64,000 bases of DNA from Balamuthia mandrillaris (GCA_031835245.2 JAVKOQ020000038.1:62001-126000); one strand, 5' to 3'; counted from the first letter of the stretch, positions 35,389 to 49,813 are shown. Made by a program: numbers and translations. The notes: generated by a model from the sequence alone, not told the origin.

Positions 35389-38044
35389 CTAGTCCGATTC
35401 TAATGCAGAAGGGTCTTCGATGGTCATCTTGTTATCGCTCCTCTTGGACCTGCTGGAGGAGGCCTTGGTGGCCGTTACCATGCTCTGCCACAGTCGGGAA
35501 TACACCCTGCGCCAATCCAAAGTCATAAAGGTCAAGAACAGAAAGAGTCCTTTGGAAGAAGAGGAGCAATTGGTAAGTTTCTCAGAGCCCAGCGGAAGGA
35601 AAGGGAGGTGGAGCAGCAGCAGAACGGAGGAAAGGAGGAAAGCAATACCTAATCCAGAGTAACCGATGGAACGAATGAGCACAAGCCCATAGTTTGTGAT
35701 GTCTTGACTTAGAGAGCAGCCTTCAATCGGCTTCTCGTAGATCAAGCAGACGTAGTAGTCATTGTAGCCCTCTTTGATGGTGTCCTCGTTGGCCTCCACT
35801 TGGATGGAATAGGCAAAGATGAAGCAATACACCGCCAAGAACACGAACACGAAGAGCGCGATACGATAGTACATGAACACCAGCTTCTTGCAAGAGCCTT
35901 CCTTGATGCCTAGGTAGAGGATGCGTGCGATGCTGCACACGAAGAAGACCAGGCCTAAGACAAGCAACAAGCAGACTGGAGCCAACCAGAAGATACCCAA
36001 GTAAACCGCGTCATCTTCGTTCGAAACAAAACAGCTGAGACAAGGTCAATGCATCGTTGATCTTCTTGCCGAGAGTAAGAACGGAGAGAGGCAGAGAAAG
36101 AAACAGACGTACAAAGTGGCAGCCGAGGCGAATGCGATGCGATCCGCAACCATGCACACAAAAGCGCAGATAAGAGGAAGGCCCCATCCGATCGTGTGGA
36201 ACGTAAACTGTTGCCATCGGGTAAACTTCTTGCTGTTCGGTAACCTCTCTTTGAAAAACAGCTGTTTTAAACAGATCCGCTTCGTTAGGCATCGGTCTCT
36301 CTCGCTCACACAAAAAAACTAAAACAAACAAACCAGGAGAGAGAGAGAGAGAGAGAGGGAAAACCTGCAAGAACATGTTGAGGGCGATGAGAGCCCACCA
36401 GCAAGTTCCAGCCAAGAACCCAAACATCAACAGCCCGCCTTGCAATGTGCACACTGGGCTCTTGAACGCCAGGTCCCACTCCACCTGGTAGCTCTGCCCG
36501 GTGAGGCTGGCGTCGGGGTCATAGGTCACCTTCATGTCCGGAACGGCCACATCTCCGTTCAAGCTGCACCAAACGTTCTCGTGGCCGACGAAGGAGGGGA
36601 AGATGATGGCCCAGGCGGCCATGTGGGCGGAGAGAGCCACCATGGTGATGAGGTTGGAGGGCCATCGCCGCAGCTTTGGGTCGATCGCATACGTTACCAC
36701 CAGGAACAAACTTGTTACCTTTATAGTTTGATGAACATAGTTATGGTGAGCGAGAGAACGGTGAGGAGAAACGAGCCTTAAGGCCAAGTCTTTCAAAGAC
36801 AAAGAGATAAAGAAGAGGAAAGACACGGCAACGAAAAGAAGAAGAACGACAAAAGGAACAAAGAGAGAAGTGAAGAGCGTTACCCAGGACAGCCATCCCA
36901 ACACCGACTGCAACACCTTGACCGCATGGTACCTGAGGAAGGAAGAAGGCGAAGCAAAAAAAAATAAAATAAATAAATATAAGTGTTCGTCGGCACTATA
37001 GGAAATATTTGACAATAATCCAATATGGAGCCAACGCAAGTCGAACAAACACAACAAAAAACGTACTGCTCGTCGTCCAGGCTGGGCAAAGGGCATTCGA
37101 AGCCGCAACGAACGGAATTCTCCGAAGCGGGGACCAACGGGCTCACGCAAGCGGAGGCGTTCACCGTGCGTTGAGCGCCTCCACATTGCGCCACCACGGA
37201 CTGTACATCCGCTTCTGCACCGGTCGCAACGCGGTACGTCGTGTTTTGGTAGAACGAGGCGTTGGTGGCTGGATCTATCTCGCCGCAGTCCATTGGAAGC
37301 TGGGCATCTCCTCCTGGGAAGAAGAGGCCGTAACCCAAGGGAGCTCCGAAGCGTTCCCACGTCGACGCACAGGCCTCCGCTTCAGAGTGAAAGAGACATG
37401 TGAGAGAAGGAACACAGGAGAAGAACAAAGAGGAGAACAACTGGAGAAGAAGAAGAAAAGGAAGGAAGGAGAAAAATAAGAAAAGCAAGTAGAAGAAACA
37501 GAAGAAGAAGAAAGGTACTAAAGTCTTGGCATATGGCGCGACAAGGTTGTACAGGATGGACGATGGTTTCTGTTCATCAAACATATCGCACGAAACAACC
37601 GAAAAGAGTTAAAACAAAAACAACAACAAACAATAAAACAGACGATCGGACCATTTGTAACGGGATCCACTACACAGGGACGAATGTACGTCCTGCAAGC
37701 CATATCAACAGAACTGATCTGACATTCCTGGGGGATGCTGGTTGCCCCGTTGCCTCCGGTGAACGAGATGACACCTCCTCTTATCTCTTCCCACGTTCTA
37801 TTCTCTGGCACAAATATCTGCGTCCCAGCTGGTGGTTTTGTTGTTACAATGGAATGCGCTCGCCAGTAAAACCACAAGGAAGGAAGCACGCGGAACAGAG
37901 CAACAAACCTTCAAGCCCAACGTAGGACTGACAGACGGAAGGCTCTCCATCCCATGTATGACAATAACCAGCAGCGAGTGCTGCTGTTGAGGATGGCACT
38001 GACTCCACAAGAAGCAAGAACAACAACACATAACAGATGAACAT
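35389..38044 (-). CDS. Frizzled/Smoothened-like GPCR, copy 1
   Basis: Signal peptide, a Cys-rich extracellular region (CHTW...CQSY...CQISSVDMACRTYIRPC...CASTWERF...CVSPLV...CGFECPLP), then 7TM with RRWPSNLI, CTLQG...FGFLAGTCWW and FHTIGWGLP, as in Dictyostelium Fsl receptors. Confidence 0.85.
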
Positions 38045-38633
38045 CGTTGCTATTGTGTTTGTGCTGTATCGTAACAGAATAATGTAGGGATGATCGTTAC
38101 TGCTGCGTTACGGGTTTTTCAAACAACAAAGCGAAACATAATGGGGTAACAGCAGCACATTCCTAGTCAAGTAGCAGTAGTCAACTGGGGATAGCTGAGT
38201 ATGACGGTTGCTTAGTTAAAACCGTTATTGGGTCATTTCGTTTCATTTTCTCCTTATGGACAACCCCCCGGAGGCCTGTCCACTCCGTTTAGACCAAAAA
38301 ACGCTATCCCGTCAGGTTGCGGGTCACGATGACGAAGCCAATGCCTACGCCACTATTTGCAGAACTCTTTCCCTCGTGCCTACCTCTTCTCTCGTTATCA
38401 ACAGATCTTAAAGAGAAGCTTTTGCGTTTGGTATGTTTAAATGAACCTGCAATTATTTATTCTCTGGTGTACTTCCTTCGCAGAGGAAGAGAGAGAGACA
38501 GAGAGAGAGCGAGAAAGAGGAGAGAGAGCAAGCATGAAGAGAGAAAAAAACAAAATACCAAAACAAAAAGGGTGCAAATGAAAAATATACATGTAAGCAA
38601 AACCAAGGTGAGCCAGCAAAACTGTTTTTGAGT

Positions 38634-41218
38634 CTAGTCCGATTCTAATGTTGAGGGATCCTCGATGGTCATCTTGTCGGAGCTCTTCTTGTTTCTTCTG
38701 GATCTGCTGGAAGAGGTCCTTGTGGTGGTCATGATGCTCTGCCACAGGTGCACATACACCTTTCGCCACTCCAGGGAGGCAAAGGTCAAGAACAGAAACA
38801 GGCCTGTGATTTTATAAAACGAAGGGTGAATATGAGGAAGAGCAAGAGCAAGAGGAAGAGCAAGAGGAAGAGCAAGAGGAGGAGGCTGAAAGAAGTCATT
38901 CGGTTTACCCAATCCAGAGTACCCCAAGGCTCGAATGAGCACAAGGTCATAGTTGGTCACATCCTTGCTGAGCGAGCACCCTTCCTCCGGCTTCTCGTAG
39001 ATCAAGCACACATAATACTCGTCATAACCGCTCTGAATGGTGTCCTTGTTGGCCTCCACTTGGATGGAATAGGCAAAGATGAAGCAATACACCGTCAAGA
39101 ACACGAACACGAACAACACAATGCGGTAGTAGGTGAACACCAGCTTCTTGCACGACCCCTCCTTGATGCCCAGGAAGAGGATGCGTGCAATGCTGCACAC
39201 GAAGAAGATCAGGCCCAAGACAAGCAACAAGCTGACGGGAGCGAACCAGAAGACCCCCAAATAGGCTGCGTCGTCGTCGTTGGACACGAAACAGCTAGCA
39301 ACGAACAATGCTAATCATGTGAGCAAACTGAATGGAAGAAAGAAACAGAGAGCAGAGAAGCGGAGAGGAGAAGGGGAAGACGCACAACGTGGAACCAGAG
39401 GAAAAGGCAATGCGATCAGCAACCATACACACAAAAGCACAGAGAAGCGGGAGGCCCCATCCCACGGTGTGAAACACAAACTGTTGCCATCGTCTGAACT
39501 TTTTGCTCTTTGGCAGCTTCTCCTTGAAATACAGCTATTCTTCCCGACCCACAAAAGTTCGTCACTGAGCTCCGCTGAGGGAGAGAGAGGGGGAGAGAGA
39601 GAGAGAGAGAGGAGAGGAGAGAGAGGGAAAACAAACCTGCAAGAACATGTTGAGGGCGATGAGAGCCCACCAGCAAGTTCCAGCCAAGAACCCAAACATC
39701 AACAATCCGCCTTGCAATGTGCACACCGGGCTCTTGAACACCAGGTCCCACTCCACCTCAAAGTTCTGACCTCCGAGGCTGGCGTTCGGGTCGTAGCTCA
39801 CCTTGAGGTCAGGCGCGGCCACATCTCCGTTCAAGCTGCACCAAACGTTCTCGTGGCCGACGAAGGAGGGGAAGACGATGGCCCAGGCGGCCATGTGGGC
39901 GGAGAGAGCCACCATGGTGATGAGGTTGGAGGGCCATCGCCGCAGCTTTGGGTCGATGGAGTAGGTGATCACCAAGAACAAGCTTGCCACCCAAGACAAC
40001 CATCCCAACACGGTTTGCAACACCTTCACTGCATCATATCTGAGAGGAGGTTAACAACAAGAAGAACAAAGCGACAGAGAAACGCAAAGACATAGAAAAG
40101 AAAACGTTACTGCTCATCGTCAAGACTGGGCAAAGGACACGCGAAGCCACAACGAGCTGAATCTTCCGAAACTTGAACCAAAGGTTCAACACAAGAAGAA
40201 GAGTTGGACGTGCGTTGAGGTCCTCCGCATTGGGTGGTGATGACGGAATTGTTGGTGGACACGCTGAAAGTGGAGTTCAGGAAGAAGGATGCGTTGGTGG
40301 CGGGATCCATCTCCCCACAATCGAGGGGGAGTTGGGCATCTCCTCCTGGGAAGAACAGGCCGTAGCCCAGAGGAGCTGCAAACCTTTCCCATGTTGAGGC
40401 GCAAACCTCAGCTGAGATATAGCAGAGCAAAACAACAAGAGGTCAATATTGGATGTAGGCATCGCTTAAGAAGACAATGAGTTTGAAGATGGAAAAAGAA
40501 GGACAGAGAGGGTACCAAAGTGAAGGCACATGTCAAGACAAGGCTGTACCGGATAAACCATGGTTTCTGTTCAACAACCAGAGGCGACAAGAGAGAACAA
40601 TCAATAGGAAAATATCAAAAATGAACGAAAGAATGCCACATGCAGCATACCATTTGTGGCCGGGTCAACAATGCACGGCCGGACGTAGGTCCTGCAAGCC
40701 ATGTCCAAAGAACTGACCTGACATGCTTGCGGAATGCTGGCAATTCCGTTACCGCTGGTGAAGGTCAACAGCAGCGATCGGATGTCCTCCCAGGCCATTC
40801 CCTCTGGAACGAATATTTGTGTACCCGCTTTTGGCGTTGGTTAACGAGAGCACAACCAAGAGAACAAAGTCAGGAGCTAAGAAAGCAGACGAAGAAAAAG
40901 AAAAAGGAGGGAGGAGCAAACAAGAAGAAGCAGGAGAAGTAGCAGGAGAAGAAGAAGAAGAACAAGACAGTAGAAGACAGAGGAAAAAGATGAACAACAC
41001 GAAGAAGCACAAAGAAAAGAGGAAAAAGAAGAAAAAGCCGCAGAAACAAAAACACTGACAATACCTTCTAACCCAACATAGGCCTGGCAAAGCGAAGGCT
41101 CTCCGTCCCACACAATGCATTCCCCAGCGGCCGCCTCCGCCCTGACCTTCGGGACGGCTGCCGTTGCCCACAACCCCAACAACAACCAAACCAACACCAA
41201 CACGGAAACAGGTTGCAT
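38634..41218 (-). CDS. Frizzled/Smoothened-like GPCR, copy 2
   Basis: Same exon structure as copy 1 and near-identical TM exons (IDPKLRRWPSNLITMVALSAHMAAWAI; C-terminus KMTIEDPSTLESD). Confidence 0.85.
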
Positions 41219-41315
41219 GGCTGCTGTGGTATTAAGAACAGCTGTTTCCGAGCTGTTGTCTCCTCCTGCTGGAATGATGATGGCCAAAATAAAAGACAAG
41301 AACGGAAAGAACTGC

Positions 41316-41356
<41 letters not shown>

Positions 41357-41802
41357 AAAACTGAGAATAGGAGGATTGCCTTCATTTTCCAAAACCAATA
41401 AAGCAATTGTCTCCTGGTGATGCTCGTACATGGCACGTAACCCTTGATCGCTCTTTTCCCTTGTTTGGTTTATGAGGCGCAGCCCTGCTAATTAATGCTC
41501 AAAGCACCAAACAGCGATAATTCAACGAAGTGCGTTGCTGTCTGTTAGCTTTCAAAGGGGGGAGAATAGCTCAGCGTTACGTGTGGCCTCGCTATTTGTC
41601 TGCTCCTCCGGGTTGGCACTCAGGCCGGGTCCAGGTCCCGTGAAACACCCCCCAACGAGTAACGCATTGCTCCGCCGCGTATAACTTGTCGGGTGCTATC
41701 TTCCGTCGTGTAAACAAACCAATTATATTATTTTTACAAGTTGCAGTTATAAACAAAAACAAAACAAAACAAAACCTCAACACGTCAAGTTGACGGGACT
41801 TC

Positions 41803-42830
41803 CTAGCCCTCCTCTTCCAAGATAGACGGGTCTTCGATAGTCATCTTGTCGGAGCTCTTCTTGTTTCTTCTGGACATGCTGGCGGAGGTCCTTGCGGTGG
41901 TCATGACGCTCTGCCACAGGCGCGTCTACACCTTTCGCCACTCCAGGGAGGCGAACGTCAAGAACAGAAACAGGCCTGTGTTGGTATTGTTATTGGCAAT
42001 GGGTTATTAAGTTGGTTGAGGAAAATGAAGAAGAAGAGGGAGGACATCAGGGAAGTTTTGAAGTAAACGTTGCAATCAGAGAAGCACAGCCACAAATAAG
42101 GCGGCAAACATAGGAAGCGAATGAACAATAACACCAAGAAGAGGAGGGAGAACAAGATGAACATGAAGTACCTAATCCAGAGTAACCGATGGAACGAATG
42201 AGCACAAGATCATAGTTGGTCACATCCTTGCTGAGCGAGCACCCTTCCTCCGGCTTCCTGTAAATCAAGCAGACGTAGTAGTCATTGAGAAGGCCACATG
42301 AGAACAGCAAAAACACATGGGCAGCATACCATTAGTGGCAGGGTCAACGACGCAAGGACGAACGAATGTTCTGCAAGCCATGTCCAACGAGCTGATCTGA
42401 CAAGCCTCAGGAATACTCGCAAGTCCATTGCTGTTCGCAAAGGGTGCCACAGCGGCCAGAAGCGCTTCCCACGTTGGATGAATATAGGCGTTCCAACTGT
42501 TGTTTTGTTTGCCTTCAGCACAACAAACGAACAAGAAGACGAAGAAGAACAAGGAAGACGAAGAGCAGAAGATAAAGAAGGAAGAAAAAAAAATGGTAAT
42601 GGCAATAAAAGAGAGATGGCAACTAATGAAAGGCAAGAACAACAACATATGATGGGGAGAAAAAAAACACAAAAACCTTCCAGCCCAACAAAGTCCTGGC
42701 AAGGCGACGGCTGTCCATCCCACTCGATGCAGGTGCCAGCCGCCGCATCTTCTGCCACCGCCTTGGGCAGGGCGGCCGCTGCCCACCACAACAACAAAAT
42801 GAGAGGGACAGCTGAGCAAACCTGTCGCAT
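41803..42830 (-). pseudogene. Internally deleted, frameshifted Frizzled/Smoothened-like copy 3
   Basis: The signal peptide and first two Cys-rich exons are present. Exon 2 is frameshifted (GTPIFI and TWEALL are in different frames near 42475). The following intron is fused at about 42287 directly to the NDYYVCLIY segment before TM7, so the rest of the ectodomain and TM1-6 are missing. Confidence 0.8.
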
Positions 42831-43085
42831 GATGTAAGAAAGAAGTGGCTGGAGAGTTGACGGTTTGTTTTAACTTGAGCGTGTGTGTTATGGGTGTGTT
42901 GTAAACGTAAAATAATAATAAAAAGGATGGCGATGGTGAACAAAAGAGTAAAAGAATAACGTGGAATAACAAGATGAAGAAAAAAAAAGACGTTATGTCC
43001 GTCATCTAGGAAGCGTCGCGTGGAGTTGTTGTATAAAGGTTGTAGGTAATAAATTAGCGAGCTTATTAATGAAATTCTCCTCACT

Positions 43086-43679
43086 TTAATCTTCTGCTTC
43101 CTCCTCCTCGTCCTCTTCTTCTTGGTCGTCTTCGTGATGATCCACAAGGTCCATCGTTCCACCCACTCTCAACGTGATCCTTCCATCATCCCCCGTAAAG
43201 AACATAACGCCGTCGTCATCGCCCCCCTCCTCGTCGTCTTCATCAAACGCCCCATCGTCACTTCCATCCTCATCTTCCTCTTCCAATCTGAAATGGTGAC
43301 GATGCTCTCCATTTTCACTCTCAGAAAGCAAGTCGCTCAACAAAGTGTCCCATTCCTCTTCTTCCATGTTCCACATGCCGCCATCCTCTTCATCCTCATA
43401 GTCGTCATGACCGTCATCATCATCTTCATCGAAGCTTAGTCCAGCTCCATCTTCGTCGTCGTCATCATCATTCTCTTCATCGTCTTCATCTACATCAGAA
43501 TCGTAATGACCGCTGGATTTTTGGCGACCCACTTCATATAGTCGAACGACGGTACTACCCGATTCGATGGCAGTGGGAGCGGCGTTCTCCACTAACGCTA
43601 TTTGATTGTCGGGAGCTAACTCAATTGTTCCTTTGCTCCAAACCCTTCCTCCTTTTTGTTATTGGTTTTAATTTGTTAG

Positions 43680-43714
<35 letters not shown>

Positions 43715-46700
43715 GTGAACTGGAGGGTGTACCTTTTGAAGCAGAAGAGGAAATAGGTTCCCAAGGAAAGGGAACGACGGACGATGTATCAACCGCCAAG
43801 TCAAGCACGTCCTTTCCTAACTCTATAGTGGCGATATGCGAGTAGTCCGTGGCATCAAACGTCATAAAGAAGCGCTTGTTCTTGGTTCTAGAGTGCTCCG
43901 GCCATCCTTCTCTCGGCTCCGGTATGGCATAGAGCACATCACCGAGAGCGTTGAAGACGATTCTTGTTTGGTCTAACAGCGGGATGGTGCGCAGCAGCTT
44001 AAAGGTTTGCAGGTCCCAGACCTCACTGTTGATGATGACCTCGCGACCGGATGGGTTGAAAACGCTGCTGCCTGTGGGAGAGGTAAAGCGATCAAACTTG
44101 TGTACCATGCGAGAGTAGCGCGGGTCCCATAGTACATCTATTTGTATTAGAGCGTTTGTAGGGTTTAGATTGTTTCTTAAACAGACACAAAATACGAAAG
44201 AATACAAACCATCAGAAAGAATAAGGCCGTCACAGGGACTGAAACATGGACGAGGAGTATACTCATGAATGGAATGAGCAGAAGAGGATGTACTCGGTTT
44301 CAACGTGGCGAGTCGTTGCGAGGACTGAATGCTGTACAATACGGTGTTGGAGGAGGCATCGCTGCCAGCAATAAGGGTGCAGGCGTGGTTAAAGGTGGCG
44401 TAGTCGCAGTCAGGAAAGCGATGCATAGGGGAGTTGTCCTGCATGTGAATGCAGTCCTCGGAGACATCCCATAACATGGCCCCAGCAAAGGGAGCTGACG
44501 TCAGTAAGTATTGTCCGTTTAGTGCCATTTGTAACGCCCATATGCAATCCCCTTTCATCAATACATTGAAGTTTAGTTCACCAAACAACAGAGAACAAAA
44601 GAAACAAAAAGACAAACAACAAACCGCATTGCCACGAACGAAGCAAATCTCCACTATTTACATCAAACAAAGAGAGCTGCCCATCGCTGCTTCCCACCAT
44701 AATCCTCCTCCGTCCATAAAACCGGGCACAAGTGAAGAACTCATCCTGGCCTGGATGCAATACACCTCCATCGGCTCCAACGAATGTTCTGATGGCACGG
44801 AAGCGGCCAAACACAAAACGTCGGTCCAGTTTCATGCCTCCTCTTCCACCGTGAGCATAAGAGGAGGAATAGCAGGTTGATCTCCCAAAATTGGAGATGG
44901 CTTGTCGATGAAACAAACGAGAGGTGATGTTCCTGGAGGCTCTGTTGGTGCTGAGAGCAGCTTTTAGGGGTTCGGGACAGCGATGTACCTGGTGCAAGAG
45001 AGGAAAGGGAGGAAGAACGGAGATGGGAGCAGCACAGCGTCGATGTTGGTCCATGCAAAACTGTCTCACGATGTTGTCCAACGTATTACGAAATACATTT
45101 TGTGGTGGTTGTTGTGTATGAGGAAGAATGGAAGAAAGTGATGTATCTCTCTTTTTCTTTTTGGCAGCAGAACGTCGCTTTCGTTTTTGTTGTTTGAGAG
45201 CAGAAGTAGGAGTTGAAGAGGGAGAAGAAAGAAGATGTTTTGCTGAGGCGGCAGTTTTGAGAAAGGCTGGGCTGGAGGTTGGTGTTATGGCCAGCCGAGA
45301 AGGAGAAGCGGCACTGACAGAGGTAAGAGAGTAACGTCGAGGCCGGTGTTGTTGTGTCTGCTCTTGCTTCTTCTCTTCAACAATTTCAGTTATCATCGGC
45401 TCCAATTTTTGTTTTGTTTCTTCTTCCTCTTCTTCCTTTTTTTCTTCTATTTCTTGCTCGTTCTCTTTCGCTTTCTCCTTTTGCCGTATTTCATCTTTCA
45501 GTTTTTTGCGAGCCTTCCTCTGTCGCCGTTTTTTGCTGGAGGTGATTGTACTAGGAGCAAAAGCAAGCGCAGGATCTACTTCTTTCGATTCCTGTCGTAA
45601 GGTCTCCGCCGATTGATGCAAGCCGCAACTCTGAAGATGGTCGTGAATGAGCTGCAGCAATTCCTTTTGGCTGTACTGAATGGGTGTCTCATTGACAATA
45701 ACCGACTTTTGGATCTTCAAGAGAGCTGGGTCGGTAGCTTCTCTCGTGGCAGCCGAGTACATCATTCCTGCTTCTGGTTGCTGGTGAGCGAGTAGTGCTA
45801 GTTGTCTGTTCTGCGCGAGTAGTTGCTGTTGAGCATTGTCAAGGCCAAAAGCTCGTTTGTTGAAGGCCTTTGGTCCGCGTAGGTTGAACATAGTAATCCT
45901 ATCGATGAGCTTCAAGGCGTACGCTCTGAACTTGAGATGGGCGTTGAGGCTTTCTCTGTGCTGAGCCAACGGGCTCTGAATGAGCTCCGAGAGAGTCTCA
46001 CTGAGATGCAGTTTGGAGAGGATCTGGCATATGGTAGCATCTCTCGCCAAGCCTAAAAGCACTTTGCAGGCAAGTCCTCGCAGGTGATCCGCTTCTGGGG
46101 TAGCCTTGCGTTGTCGCAGCAACGCGAAGAGCAGCTGAATACCGTTGTGCGTGCGAATACCAGACCAAACGTACTTGAGACTATCCGGGTCTCGACTAAG
46201 ACCACCAATCATCCACAGGATGTGAAGTGCAGCGTTGACAACAGCGGGGGTTTCGGTGGTATCAACGGAAGCAGCACGAAGTAACACAGCAATGGCCGTA
46301 AGTTGGTCTCCTTGTTCAGCCTCCTGGCGTTCTCGTTCACGTTCTGCATCTCCGTGAGCAGGAGTAGAAGTTGTAGGCAAAGGAGAAAGAGGCGGAAGAG
46401 GTGAACGAGAAGGGAAGGGAGGCAGGAATGGAGAATGAGGGGAAGGTGGAGGGAGACCATCTGAGTAACGATCCACAAGCATGATGGTAGTACCAACAAG
46501 GTATTGATGAGTGAAAGGAACAACTGACATTGCCAACAGAGCTTCCAATCCATATTGGCCTGTCTCTGGATAGCCCCATTGGTACAACGAGCGGTGGATG
46601 GTTTCCAGAATCAAAGCGAAACCCTGAGCTTGCCAGAAGCGCTCCACTTGAGGCCAGAGAGAATGACTGAGGTGCTGCCGCATCATGTCATTTTTTTCGA

Positions 46701-47952
46701 AGAGGGTGAGAGCGGCTTCGACAGCTTTGTCATCCGCGTTGAGTGCTTTGTGCCCTGGTATCAAGGAAGCGAGTTGTTGGTAGTTGGTTGAAGGGCCCAA
46801 GTGTGTGACAGGTGTGAAGGAGGAGGAGGAAGAAGCAGAGGCATGATGATGATAAGTTCGAGTAGGAGTTGCAGTAAGAGAAGTTGGTTCTTCGGAGGAT
46901 GCTGGTACAGCGATGCTGCGCTTTCTTCCTTTTCGCTTTCGTTTGCGCTTTTTTGTATCTTTTTCCTTTCCCTTTTCATTGTCTTCGTTTGCACCTTCTT
47001 CCAGTTTCTCTAGTTCTTCTTTGCTTTCCACCATACTGTCTTCGCCTTCTTTCCTTTCTCGTTGCTTCTTGGGATTTCGGTGCCGCTTTAGTGCTATTGT
47101 TTGTAGGATGAGATGAGCTCGAAAGTATTGCCGCAAACAAAAGCATGCTCCGTGGATAAGTGCAATAACTGACTTCTTGGGAACACCATCCGGTGAAGGC
47201 AGAACAATGGAATTGCGTAAAATTGTCAAAGTGGTCTGAAGGCCGTTGTGTTGGTCAAATAACTCTAAAACCGTTCTATATTCCAAAACTAGAGCAAAGA
47301 AATGACTGTTCCAATAATTTAAAAAAAAGAGAACGTGAGAGGAGAAAGGAGAAATACAGTTAGACCGATATGCAGAACAAACTAAGGAAGATAGGTGAAA
47401 AGCAGGATGGGAAGTAATAATTCTAACCATGTATCCTTGCGAGCTCCATCTTGCAATGTTAAAGAGAGAAGCCACATGGCAGCATGCACCAAACGGGACG
47501 GAAGAGATGGATCAGGAGAGAGAAGAATGCGCTCCATCACAGCAGTCAGCTCAAAGAAGCAAAGAGCAAGGCCACCACTGATGTAGGGCCAAGGAGGTAA
47601 TGAGAGCAAGACATCCAGTCCCGTGTCAACAAACACATTGGCAAACTTTTTGTGAGCGAGTAGACTGTTTATAAGTTGGAGTGTATCTTTAAACAGTATT
47701 TCCAAAAAAAAAAGTCATTTAATTGTCCATTCGTTAAAAGAAGAGATAGAAAAGGACAGCAAAAAATTGATTTCTTTACCTGATAGGATATACAGGTTTG
47801 GGGATTTTAGCAATGTGAGTATAGATTCCATACCACGGCCTCGGAATATATGAGCAAGGATATCTTGATACTCTCCAAGGGAGGCTAAACAGGCTATAAT
47901 TCCTCGCTGTAAAAGTTAAACAATAGTGAATGGAGAGAGGGAGGGAGGGAGG

Positions 47953-47983
<31 letters not shown>

Positions 47984-48499
47984 GATCTAGTTAGCATCAC
48001 TCCACAACAAGCTAGAGAGGAATAGAAGCGCTTACAAGTTCTCGAAAATCAACTTCTTCTTCAGAGAGCCCCATGACCGATTCCCAGAGTTGCCAGTCTA
48101 CTTTCTCCTCCGTTGTAACGTCTTTGCCTTCCTGCTGCTCTTCCGAATAAGCTTGTTCCACAGTTTCCTCGCCTTCTGCTCTTTCTACGGCTTGTTTCTC
48201 GTCCTCCTTTCCTTTGTCTTTTCGTTTCTCTGTTGCGAAAAGGCTTTTCGGTCTTTGCCCTCCAGAGACCATCTTATCGGCAAGTGAAGGGTCAATATCT
48301 CCCAATTTTGGTCGCCACGGCACACCTTTGTCTATTAGGTCCGCTAACCGTTGCACTAAGATTTGCACTATACCAGAGTCCACTGCCTCATCTCCTAGAT
48401 CGCCACTGACCATACGTGCTAAAATGCCAGTCGCTATGGCCCGCATCGGACCTTTTCCTTTCATCACTTCGTCCATTAATTTGTTTTTGGCTCGTTCCT

Positions 48500-48534
<35 letters not shown>

Positions 48535-49295
48535 GTTTTAAGTCTGGCAGAAGTAAGTGGGCAAAAACGCACGTCTTCAGCTTCCAGGTCCAAAGGTAAG
48601 TCAGCCAAAGTGTTTGCTCCTGCTGCTAGGAAAGCGCGTGCACTTGCTACCCTTACCAGCTCGTCCTCGTCGAATAGCAGTCTGTCCGTAATCTACGTCA
48701 CAAGAGAGGCGAGAAAAAAAAATAAGAGAGATGAGCAGGTTGCAAAAAAAAAAAAAAAAAAAGGGATGAGAGAGCGTTGGGAATGGAGAAGAGAGAGAGA
48801 TGGGAGAGAAGAGAAGCTAAGCTTACGATGTTCGGCAATTGGCTGTCGTAGAAGACGTCGGCAAGGAGTGCGATGGCTGAAACGGAGGCAGCGTGGTATC
48901 GGACGTTCGGCGAGTCATGAATGGGATCCTGATGGTACAGCTGAAACTTTTCCTCCTCCTCTTCCAACACTTTCGCAATGCTGTGAGGACAAGCAAGAAT
49001 AAATCAGTTTAGTGTGCCTATTAATTCTTCTCTCTCTCTCCTTCCTCTTTCATTCACAATTCGACAATGGTAGCAGGTACCTGGTCAGCTTGTCCGCTAA
49101 CTCCCGTTTCGGCAGGGTGGCCAGACCGTCGGCAACGGCAGAGATGTGGAGCAGGAACTCACGCAGGAGAGGCTTGTCCGCGTAGCGCGATTCCAATCCA
49201 GAAATAATGTCCGCTTCCTCCTCCTGTGCTTCCTCCTCCACATCGCTTTCTTGCGCATCTGCGATAGCAGACACGAGATCTTGTCCCTCTTGCAT
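43086..49295 (-). CDS. DCAF1: DDB1- and CUL4-associated factor 1 (VprBP)
   Basis: Motifs LINSLLAHKKFANVFVD, ACFCLRQYFRAHL, ADHLRGLACKVLLGLARD..ICQILSKL, LisH ELLQLIHDHLQSCGLHQSAETLRQE, LDNIVRQFCMDQHRRCAAPISVLPPFPLL..HRCPEP, DRRFVFGRFR, WD40 HKFDRF...FNPSGREVIINSEVWDLQTFKLLRTIP, and an acidic tail. Confidence 0.93.
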
Positions 49296-49813
49296 TTTTT
49301 TTTTGGCGTCAGTGGGTAGCTAGTAGGAACAACCTTGGCCCAGGCAAGCCTCCCTTTGAATCGAATGTATTGTTTTTTTTTCGCCACACTTCTTTCGATT
49401 TCTTCTTTTTTTCTTTTTCTGTTCTTTTTCGATAAAATTTCTTGTTGTCGACAAATTTTCGGGCATTATTTCGATAAATTTATTTCCTATTAAAATGTCG
49501 ACACATTACTAAAATTCCTCACATTCTTCTGCGAAGGTGCTGACGCAAAACCGGTCGTTGAGGAAGAGTAAAAGTCCAAGGCGGCTACGTGCTCGAACTT
49601 GCTAGCCCACACTCGGTGGCGTTCCTGTTCGCAAAGTTGCGCCGAGGCACTAGGCCAAGATGTGTTCGACTTGAAGCTTCGACAAGAAGCAGTTCGCTGG
49701 CGGAAAGGCTTTCACATGACATAGAGTGATTCATCACAATTTGAAATGATAGGCGTTCTTGTTCTTTGTTACGAAGTAGATACAAACAAGAGAAAGGGGA
49801 ACGGTACGGTTTG

